From the NCBI GenBank assembly GCA_964016885.1, contig OZ024763.1, forward strand, positions 9,920,001-9,984,000: a stretch of DNA of 64,000 nucleotides, given 5' to 3'. Both the position numbers and the translations under genes were made by a program. This document shows, piece after piece, positions 53,538 to 64,000 of this stretch (positions within the stretch are counted from its first letter, which is position 1; each line of letters opens with the position of its first letter). This DNA comes from Eledone cirrhosa (lineage: Eukaryota). Below the pieces are notes generated by a model. It was not told the origin of the DNA and searched no databases. It worked only from the letters and a program-made list of their open reading frames with translations.

Positions 53538-55149
53538 GTAAGGAATCATATTTAACTCTTTAGCATTTACATTACTCTATATTTACTATTGTATTCTCCC
53601 GATAAAAGCTTTACCTCATATAATATCGAATCTATGAGATTTTGATATTATTTATTTTGAGAACAATACCTTAACATCAGTATGAGTAGCCAGTTTGAAC
53701 AGAAAGAGGTGAGAGACTTCTGGCCAGGTACAGCCGGTTTAGATGCTAAAGGGTTAATTTACTCTTTAGCTTTGTATGTAGAAGAGTTGCCACATTGATA
53801 GACCTTCTACAAACATTGCCTCAATAAGTTCTGTCCAGCACGTGGGAACTTCGATGTAAAAATGATGTTGATATATATATATATATCATTGTCATTTTTA
53901 ACGTCCATTTTCCCTGCTAGCAAGGATTGGATGGGTCCGCTCAAACTAAGTCAGTACTGAAGCAGAGCGGGCCAGAGATCTGTGTCTTGCATTCCACTGA
54001 GAGCACAAGAGAGGTTATCATATCTTTGACACAACTGAGGATCCTCCCAACTCTTGGCAAGATTTCTACGACTGGTTGCCCTTTCTATCACCAGCCACTT
54101 TACATGTGTATTAGATGTACGTCACCAAACACTAGGGAGGCTGTCGTGTCCTTAAAGTAACTGAAGGGCTTGGGGTCTTCCCAATATAATATATATACAC
54201 ATATATTATTTATGTTCATACACAGAACAAAAAGTGTTACCTTATGTTTCAAGGTCCAGCTATGGCCATCTCCCCAGATTGTACACCGTATATATATTTA
54301 TATATACACACACATAAATCACCATTCTATACCCATTTTTTCATGCTGGCATGGCTTAGGCAGTCATCACTAGCAGAACCTGCCTCCACACATTGCATTC
54401 CCTTGTCATCTCTTATAGGAGGTTCAGCATTTTGAGATCAGCTCTAACAACCTCTGATCAGATTATATATATATATATGGAGGCACATTGCTTAGTGGTT
54501 AGAGTATTGGCCTTGCAATCGAAAGGTTGTGAGTTCAATTCTCAGACCGGGTGATGTGTTGTTTCCTTGAGCAAGACACTTTATTTCACATTGCTCCAGT
54601 TTACTCAGCTGAAGAAATGAGATGATAGGACTAGGGTCCTTATCATTCCACTGCAAAGTGGTCGTGGAGGTGCCACGGCAAAAAAGCACCCAGCACTCGC
54701 TGTAAAAGAGGTTGGTGTTAGGAAGGGCATCCAGCTGTAGAAATCAAGCCAGAATCAGTTCCCGTCCCACCCTTGCAAGCAATGAAAAAGCGGACGTAAA
54801 ATGAAATGATGATTATATATATATATATATATAACTAGAAATTGATTAACATATAACAGTAAAACAACAATATAGCAAGGTCACCTCTTCATATTGGTAA
54901 ATGTAATTCATTCATTCATACCAGCAACATCTATTTTCAAATTCACTGCTTGAAGCTTCCCATCGACATTCTCAAGTGAAGATTCATGAACATTTTCCGT
55001 TAACAGTTTCATCGTTTTTCTATCTTCATTATCGCCTTTTTTTAAAAATATATCGTAGATTACTTTACTGATTACAGACGTAAATGTAACAGTCTTTGTT
55101 CTTCTGCTAGCATGTTATAAAGGTGTTTAAAAAAATGAAATTTGTTTTA

Positions 55150-55212
<63 letters not shown>

Positions 55213-55394
55213 CAAGGAGACAACAAACAGAGGTACAAAAAGTCTTATTAGTTTCATGCTTTATATTATAAAAAGAAGAACGAAAGTTTGACATGTTGGG
55301 TTTAAGCCCTTCTTCAGGAGTACAAATAGAGACAAGATCACAATGGAGAAACAGAAAGAATGTCCAAGCCGTTAGGTAGTCTTGGTTATATATA

Positions 55395-56185
55395 TGGGTG
55401 ACAAAATCAACAGTGGTGGAGGGTGTTCAGAAAGTACAGTAGCCAGAGTCAGAACGGGATGGAAAAAGTTCAGAGAGTTAATACTGCTGTTGGCCGCTAA
55501 AGGGTTCTCTCTAAAAATGAAAGGCAGACTATATGACGCCTGCATACAAACAACTATGTTACATGGCAGTGAGACATGGGCATTGTGTGCAGAGGATCTG
55601 CGCAGACTGGAGAGGAACGAAGCATGCATGCTCCGTTGGATGTGTAATAGTAATATATGTGAACGGTAAAGCATAAATGAACTAAGTGAGAAATTAGGAA
55701 TAAGAGGGATCAGATGCTGTTTACTCGAGAGAAGACTACGTTGGTATGGCCACGTGATGCGCATGAAAGACGACAGCTGTATAAAAAAGTGCAGGGCGAT
55801 CAAAATTGACGGAAGTTACGGAGTAGGCAGACCCAGAAAAACCTTGGACGATTTGATAATTTCCGACCTTACACACTTACACCTCTCTAAAACAATGCTA
55901 CTGAACCGAGATCTTTGGTGCTACGCAGTAATACAGAAAACCCGCCTTGCCTAAGTACAAAGTGAAAGCTACAGTCAGTAGGCACCTCTTAACCAAATAT
56001 ACACCCCCATCCCCCACCCCCATCAACACCACCCTTTTCTCTGTAAAGTTATGTTGGTACCACAACATCCAATCCAAAATAAATGAGGTTGTGTAGGTGT
56101 CACAACAAAAAAACACAGCCCACACTGTAATTTGGTCTAAACCCATGGTAGCGTGGAAGGAAGATAGACGTTAAATGATGATGAT
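55395..56185 (+). mobile_element. RTE family B 3' fragment
   Basis: GDKINSGGGCSES...LHGSETW; (ATG)n tail. Confidence 0.88.
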
Positions 56186-56395
56186 ATATATATGTATATA
56201 TATACACACACACATACAACCCCCCACCCCCTTAGATTTCTTTTGGAATACAGTGAATTATGGCGTGAGGAGGTTAAGAAGCCTTAATGAAATTTCTAGT
56301 TCAGCATCATAACTACCAAACTAATATATCTAGTATTAATTGTCAGAAATATCAATAAGTTGTCCTATTTCTAAGTTTTTCTTTTTTAAACACAG

Positions 56396-56483
56396 GTATT
56401 GGATACTGGACCCCGGTAAAGTGACCAAAGACACGTGGGACTGGGCAGTGGCTGGAGCATCTGAAGAATACAAGAAAAGAATG
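56396..56483 (+). CDS. TMEM222: TMEM222 exon 4
   Basis: cacAG|YWILDPGKVTKDTWDWAVAGASEEYKKRM|GTaaat. Confidence 0.93.
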
Positions 56484-57237
56484 GTAAATTGCTGAGATAG
56501 TTGGAGGAGGGATTCTTCAATTGTGTCAAAGACATGACAGCCTTCCTAGTGTTGGGGATGTAAACAACCAGATGTAGAAAGCTTGCTAAACAAAGGGCTG
56601 GGAGGATACTTCAAAGACAGTGTTACCTCCCTAGTGTTGGGGATCTACATGATAAACACACCCAGTACACTCTGTAAAGTGGTTGGTGATAGGAAGGACA
56701 TCCAGTTGTGGAAAATCTGCTAAACAAAAGGTCAGGACACTTCGTGTCAAAGACTTAACAGCCTCTCTAATGCTGGTGTCCCACTAAAATGTCCCATGGG
56801 ATTGTATGTAAGCGAGATGCAAGCCCCCCAGCCCATCTGAGAGGTCAGTGACCTCACTTTAGTACTGACTCAGTCAGTGAAGACCCATCCAACCTTTGCT
56901 AGCAAGGAAAAGAGATGTTAAGTCCCAGGTAGGGATACAGTATAGCCGAATAGTTAAGCAGTTTGCTCCACAATTATAAAGTCCTAGATCCCACTGACTG
57001 ACATCTTGTGCAACCTCGAGTTGACCCATTCCTTGTAGATAAAACTAGGTCAACAGAAATTATATGGAGGCCCATTGTTGGATGAATTGTAAAGTGTACA
57101 CATGTCTGTGGAATACTCAGCCACTTATAAGACTACCTGTAAATTATAGAGCTAGCCTTGTCACAAATTATGTCATGGTGAATCTCCCTGAGAATTACAT
57201 TAAGTGTATATGGTCTCTGTGAAATACCCACTCACAC

Positions 57238-57899
57238 TGTAGTGAGACCTGGGCGCTGAAGGTGGAAGACTTACGTAGATTAGAGAGAAACGAAGCCTGC
57301 ATGCTCCGATGGATGTGTAACAGTAATATACGCGAACGACAAAGCATAAATGAATTGAGAGAGAGGCTGAGCATAAGAGGAATCAAATGCTGTGTGCAGG
57401 AGAGGCGGTTGCATTGGTATGGACATGTGATGCGTATGAAGGATGACAGCTGCATAAAAAGGTGCAGAGCACTAGAAGTCGATGGAAACCGCGGAGTGGG
57501 GAGACCCAAGATGACCTGGGATGAGGTGATAAAAGCCGACCTTACCCAATTACACCTCTCAGTAATACAGAGTACCCGATCTCCCATGGGTACAAGCTGA
57601 AGCATATAGACAATATGCCCCCACACCATCCCACTGCAAGGTGGTCGTGGAGGTGCCATGGCAAAAAAGCACCCAGCCCACACTGTAAAGTGGACGTGTA
57701 GGCGCCATGAAAAAGCACCCGGCACTCACTGTAAATGAGGTTGGTGTTAGGAAGGGCATCCAGCTGTAGAAATCAAGCCAAATCAGTTCCTGTATGAGCA
57801 AGGCATGGTCAGCCGACCAGACACTGCCCACAACAGGACAACCCGTCTAACCCATGCTAGCGTGGAAGAACGGACGTAAAACGGTGATGATGATGATGA
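57238..57899 (+). mobile_element. RTE family B-like 3' fragment with SINE-body 3' UTR
   Basis: ORF 57262-57600, then GGAAGGGCATCCAGC module and (ATG)n. Confidence 0.85.
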
Positions 57900-58239
57900 C
57901 TGTGTCATGGTGAATCTCCCTGAGAATTACATTAAGTATACACAATCTGTGAAATACTAGGCCACTTATACTATAATATAAGACTGTGCTTGTAATAATA
58001 GTGGTGATGATAATGATGGTGATTGACTGCTGATGATAGTGATGATGATGATGATCAAGCTGAAGATGATAATGATAGTAATAAAGATGTAGAAGATAGC
58101 TGGTTTATGTGTTGAAGATGGGTGAAAGTGCCTACTCTTGTGTCTTGAATAATTGTCCCCTTCCGGTTATTATTTTTACAGATGCCCCCCTCTCCACTCT
58201 TATTCCAACCCCCAGCTTATTAAATTTTGCTGATTTATC

Positions 58240-58635
58240 TTCTCTTCTTCGTCCCCTTATTCCTGGGAGGGTCATGGAGGTAGAGTCCTCAAACAATCCT
58301 TCCAGCAGGTCCAGTCAGAAGCAGCCATCTCCAACTGATCCGGCTAGATCCCCAAGTGAGACCAGCCAAGTTAATGGATGTTATCGAACCATTTTGCTCG
58401 GAGTCTACCTCTGGGTCTCTTGCCGGTTGGTTTTGCCCATAAAATCTGTCCAGCGATTCTTTCCTGAGGCATTCTAACCCCATGTCCATAGTATCAGAGC
58501 TGTGATCTCTCAATTCAGAGAAGTAGCAGCTCTACCTGGAGTGACTCTCTCATCTCCGAGCTACACATTTTATCGAATAACGTTACTCCAAAGACCCTTC
58601 GGAGGAACCCCATTTCGGGCACTCGTATTCGCGAT
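58240..58635 (-). mobile_element. Older RTE-like LINE 3' fragment (related copy about 19840-20170)
   Basis: Degenerate EMGFLRRVFGVTLFDK...GH..RM...GKRPRGR translation. Confidence 0.65.
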
Positions 58636-58984
58636 CTACTTTAAGTGATAGCATTCCTATGTCAATTAATTTTCTTTAAACATTAAAAAACATTACTAGA
58701 AATCTAATACATTATAAAATAAATAAGATGGGTTCGGGCCTCAATGTGTAAACTAAACAACTAATTCTGGTTTTTTTTAAAAATCAGTAGGGACAACCTA
58801 GAAAAAACTACTAATTTTCCAACTCCCCCATTTATTCACCCCCTTCTGTTATTTGGGATGCGAGAATAAGTGAGAGGAGGGATGGAAATAAAAGAAGAAA
58901 GAAGTAGAGGCAGTGGAGGACCAAGACATGACTGAAAATATTGTTTTGCTGCATCTAATCTAGTCTTTCATTGTCTGTTCACAG

Positions 58985-59115
58985 CACAATTTATTCTGTG
59001 ACAACTGCCACTCCCATGTAGCAATGGCACTAAACCTCATGAAGTATAATGGAAGTAGTTCTTGGAATATGATCAAACTATGTTTCCTTATGTTGATACA
59101 CAGTCGATATGTCAG
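58985..59115 (+). CDS. TMEM222: TMEM222 exon 5
   Basis: cacAG|[43 protein letters not shown]-ag|GTaagt. Confidence 0.95.
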
Positions 59116-59174
59116 GTAAGTTAATTACAATTCTTAATTGATAAACTATTTGAAATGTAGCCATGATCCCAATC

Positions 59175-59186
59175 ACACACACGTAC

Positions 59187-59238
<52 letters not shown>

Positions 59239-59286
59239 GTATATACACATACATATATATATACACATACATATATATATATATAT

Positions 59287-59335
<49 letters not shown>

Positions 59336-59350
59336 TATATATATACACAC

Positions 59351-59417
<67 letters not shown>

Positions 59418-59486
59418 CACATACATATATATATATATACACATACATATATATATATATACACATACATATATATATATATATAT

Positions 59487-59525
<39 letters not shown>

Positions 59526-59830
59526 TATATATATACACACATATATATATACACACATATATATATATATATACACATACATATATATATATATATATAT
59601 ACACATACATATATACACATACATATATATATATACACATACATATATATATATACACATACATATATATATATATATATACACATACATATATATATAT
59701 ATATACACATACATATATATATATATATATACACATACATATATATATATATATATACACATACATATATATATATATATATATACACATACATATATAT
59801 ATATATATACACATACATATATATATATAT
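59175..59830. repeat. Compound (TA)n/(CA)n microsatellite (similar tracts 673-866, 33920-34266, 16395-16533)
   Basis: Direct reading. Confidence 0.97.
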
Positions 59831-60267
59831 GCTGGAGGCACATGGTTGAGTTCAATTCTCAGACCGGGTGATATGTTGTTTCCTTGAGCAAGACACTTTA
59901 TTTCACATTGCTCCAGTTTACTCAGTTGTAGAAATGAGATGATAGGACTGGGGTCCTTATCATTCCACTGCAAAGTGGTCGTGGAGGTGCCACGGGAAAA
60001 AAGCACCCACCACTCACTGTAAATGAGGTTGGTGTTAGGAAGGGCATCCAGCTGTAGAAATCAAGCCAGAATCAGTTCCCGTCCCACTCTTGCAAGCAGG
60101 GAAAAACGGACGTAAAATGATGATGATGATGATATATATATATTATATATATATATATACACACATATATATCAGGGATAAATTAGGAATGAGAGGGATC
60201 AGATGCTGTTTACTCGAGAGAAGACTACGTTAGTACGGTCAGGTGATGCGCATGAAAGACGACAGCT

Positions 60268-61695
60268 GTATAAAACTGATGGATCAGGTTATGAAAGTGG
60301 CAGAAAGGATATTATCACAACTAATTAGAGAAAGGGTCAAACTAGATGAGATGCAGTTTGGTTTTGTGCCTTGGAAGAGTACAACAGATACCCTCTTCTT
60401 GGTGAGACAATTACAAGAGAGGTTCTTAGAGAAGAATAAGCCACTATACTTAGCCTTTGTTGACCTAAAGAAGGCCTTTGATAGGGTACCCCGATCTGTC
60501 ATCTGGTGGTCCCTAAGGAAGCTAGGTGTTGAGGAATGGCTTGTGAGGACAGTGCAAGCTTTGTACAGAGGTACTGTCAGTAAAGTCAGGGTAGGAATGG
60601 AGTTTAGTGAGGAATTCCAGATACAAGTAGGAGTACATCAAGGTTCGGTACTCAGCCCGCTCTTGTTCATTATAGTCCTCCAAGCCATAACAGAGGAGTT
60701 TAAGACTGGCTGTCCATGGGAACTTCTCTATGCTGACGATCTGGTTCTTATAGCAGAATCAGTAGAGGAGCTAGAGAATAAATTCCAGCTATGGAAACAG
60801 CAGTTGGAAGCAAGAGGACTGAGAGTGAACCTAGCTAAGACAAAAGTGTTGATGAGTAGAAAAGGGGACAAAACTCTGATTCCATCAGGGAAATGGCCAT
60901 GTTTGATATGCAGAAAAGGAACTGGCATAAATTCTATAAAATGCACACAATGCAGATCCTGGGTACACGAGAGATGTAGCAGGATAGCAGGCAAACTAAC
61001 AGGTAGGGAGAAATACGTGTGCAGTAGATGTACAGGGAAATTAGACAGTAGAAGTCGCATTGATAGACACATTTTTCAAATGCAGGCGGGTTCTATAGAA
61101 GTGGTGGATAGCTTCCGGTACCTAGGAGATCAGATTAGTGATTAGCATGGGAGGAGGGTGTTCCGAGGCCGTAGTATCTAGAATAAGGACGGGTTGGAAG
61201 AAGTTTAGGGAGCTGCTTCTTCTGCTGACGAAGAAGGGTTTCTCCCTGCATACGATGCGCGATGCTGCATGGTAGTGAAACATGGACAGCAACTGCAGAG
61301 GATATGCGACGGCTGGAGAGAAATGAGGCAAGCATGCTCCATTGGATGTGCAATGTCAATGTGTGTGAACGACCCAGCATGAATGTATTGAGAGAAACTG
61401 TGTCTGAGAGGGATAGAATGTAGTGTGTGAGAGAGGAGACTGAGGTGGTATGGAGATGTGATGCGCATGGAGGATGACCGATGGGTGAAGAAGTGCCAGG
61501 AAATGCCAGTTGAAGGAAGACGCAGTAGAGGTAGACCACGAAAAACATGGGCGGAGGTGGTGAGAGCAGACCTCAGATCGCTGAAGCTCACGGTGGAGAT
61601 GACGAAGGACCGTGACGAGTGGAGAGATGCTGTGCTGAATAAGACCCGTCCCACCCTTGCAAGCAGGGAAAAGCGGACATAAAATGATGATGATG
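60268..61695 (+). mobile_element. RTE-clade LINE family A, 5'-truncated
   Basis: RT ORF 60243-61145 with YADD; (ATG)n tail. Confidence 0.95.
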
Positions 61696-61696
61696 A

Positions 61697-62196
61697 GTTG
61701 CTTCTGCTACTCCACCAACACCTTGGGGACAAATTTTTCAGACACTTTCCACGTGCAAAAATCCTGTTAAAATGCAATGCACTGATCCTGGGATTATTCC
61801 CACTTCTTGACCAATTTCCTGGATTGTTACACGATGGTCTTCCATGAGTATTCTCCAAACCTTCTTAAAGTGCAGCCATGTTTGAAGTGGTTGTACCACT
61901 CCTTCACCATGGCATCATCGTCAAAAGCCTACTGAATCTTCTGGATGATTTAAGATTGAGTGTCACCAAGCTTTTAGCAAAGCTTGAAGCAATATCTCTG
62001 CTCAATGCGTTCAGTCATCTTGCGTGAAAACAAAAATCCAACAAGCATGCACTGGATGTCTGTACTCCATAACAGCTGGGAACTGATGCGGCCTACTGGC
62101 ACAAAAATGTTCACACATGCGCAGGAGGGGTATTGCCCATACGGCATTAGTTTTGGCGGGGAAAAATAAAATCAGATACCTTTTGAATACATCTTG
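61697..62196 (-). mobile_element. Mariner 5' relic
   Basis: MTERIEQRYCFK..LG, WYNHFK.G, KFVPK.L motifs; TIR-like TACAAGATGTATTCAAAAGGTATC. Confidence 0.75.
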
Positions 62197-62679
62197 TATA
62201 TGGTGTGTTTTAGGTACAAAGTATCCCTGCATGTTGCACGAGGTGACTAAAAGAATTGGTGTTAAAAAGGGTATTTGGCTGTCTCAAAGCATCCAACCCA
62301 TGCCAGTATAGAAAAGGGTATGTCAAAGAGATGATGATATACTCATACCCTGCTGTTAAAGCAGTTCATCATCATCATTTAGCGTCTGATTTTCCTGTTA
62401 GCAAGGGTTTCATGGAAGCTACTGACCTCTCAGACAGGCTGGGGGGTCTGCATCTCATTTGAGTATGGGCTTACATTATTCCAAGTGTAGAGAAATCGTA
62501 TCTTTGCCACAACTGAGGGTCCTCCCAAGCCTTTGTTTAGCAAGCTTTTTATGGCTGGTGCCCTTCCTATCACCAACCACTTTACAGCGTCTACTGGATG
62601 CATTTATTGTGTAGATCACCAACACAAAGTCATGCGCTTGACACAACTGAAGGGTCCTTCCAACCCTTTATTTAATTAT

Positions 62680-62976
62680 ATAGTGCACCCCTAGCATTCG
62701 CGGAATTTTCCTTAGAACCTAACTAATAATTGTTCATGGAAACCACTGCATATTCGTGGAATTGTAAATATCTTCCACAATTTTTATGTGGCAAAATATA
62801 TTTTTTCAGGCTTTTTAACACTAAATTATTAACAATAAACCATATTTGCTGGCCTATATTTTACATTGTTTTGACGTTTATAGGCATTTTTATGGACCAC
62901 GTCCAATATTCGTGGTTTTTCACTCTTTGCGAGTGCTCTAGAGACATAACCCCCGCGAATAACAGAGGACAACTAT
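62680..62976. mobile_element. Tigger/pogo-like MITE (related partial copy 40320-40560)
   Basis: TA-flanked imperfect TIRs with TTCGCGG/CCGCGAA. Confidence 0.6.
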
Positions 62977-63290
62977 ATATATATATGGTAAATATACTGA
63001 TAGTAAAGAGGGGTTAAATGTCTACGATTTATATTTCTGTTTGTCTATGGTGTTTCATAGTTGTTGTTTCATTGTTTGGATTGGCAGTATGGGTAGAGGG
63101 TCGGACGCCATGCTTTCTAGCATAGTTACGTCCCTTTACAGACTGAGTTCAAATCCCACCGAGGTTAACTTTGCCTTTCATCCTTACGGGGTCGATAAAA
63201 TAAAGTACCAGTAATGTACTGGAAAATTGCTGGCCTTGTGCCAAATGTAGAAACAATTATTGGTCTTTCATCTTGTTTCTTTTCTTCCAG

Positions 63291-63384
63291 TTTCTGCGGT
63301 TTCCTGAAGACTTGGCTTCCATTCCTCATAGTTTTTACTGTAATCCTGCTTCTCTTTCTGTTCTCACATTTCAATTTGATGTAG
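63291..63384 (+). CDS. TMEM222: TMEM222 exon 6 (terminal)
   Basis: ttccAG|(S)FCGFLKTWLPFLIVFTVILLLFLFSHFNLM*; KTWLPF motif plus TM helix. Confidence 0.92.
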
Positions 63385-63529
63385 ACATTATGGATACATG
63401 GAACTGTTGTTGCTGCTGCCGTTTTCAGAAACAAGGGGTTTTTTTTTTTTCCTTCTGGTGGGAGGTTCATCTCCCCATCTGATTTAAATAAATATACAAC
63501 ACTATAAGCCACTCATCTGGTAGAAATAA

Positions 63530-64000
63530 CAGCCAAACCTCCTTCACACCAGACCGTAACATTTTCTTAAGAATAGGAAAGATACATTGGATAATGTAGT
63601 CCAATATACATTGTCTATATTTTAGGACAGGATGGTCATGGCTGGAACATCTTTGATCTGAATCATAGGATCTTAGCTGACCTGGTGCTAAACATTAACA
63701 AGGAAGGACACATTAGATAATGTAGTCCTAGATATACTATGACTTTATCAAAGACTAGATGGTCACAGCTAAAACATCTTTGATCATGGATCTGTCCGAT
63801 CAGAGCTGACCTGGGGCTAAACAGCTATAACAACAACAACAACACATTGTTTAAATAACTTGAAGGAAGAACGCATTAGATAATGTAGTTCTAGATACAC
63901 TGTGCCACTGTTTTCATCTTAAGTCAGTCAGATCAAAGCTGACCTGTGACTAAATAACAAGAAGGAAAGATACATTAGGCAATGTAGTCCTAGGTATATT
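63530..64000. repeat. Degenerate ~120-bp tandem repeat downstream of the TMEM222 stop
   Basis: Recurring acatt(a/g)gataatgtagtcc...agctgacctg; inverted relative near 29080-29180. Confidence 0.7.

Noticed and set aside
59078-60006. Long Y/I/C/V/H-rich ORFs (also 668-925, 33763-34390, 47784-48165)
   Set aside because: Translations of (TA)/(CA) microsatellites

Overview
AT-rich, repeat-dense eukaryotic DNA. The SINE/LINE content suggests a cephalopod (octopus-like) genome, which is an inference. Three spliced genes can be assembled by hand from GT-AG exons with consistent phases. (1) The last three coding exons of a PLP-dependent serine/aspartate racemase-family gene (+, 15046-20823). (2) A six-exon FHA-domain, TCF19-like gene (-, 47036-25601, about 232 aa). 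(3) A complete six-exon TMEM222 gene (+, 48005-63384, about 212 aa), head-to-head with the FHA gene. The rest is mobile DNA: two RTE-clade LINE families with a PHD-like finger inside the RT, a tRNA-derived SINE sharing the LINE 3' tail, a MetaSINE-like family, Penelope-like fragments and hammerhead-consensus repeats, R4/Dong fragments, hAT and mariner relics, a non-autonomous Helitron, MITEs, minisatellites and (TA)n tracts. Most ORFs in the track are microsatellite or antisense-TE artefacts.
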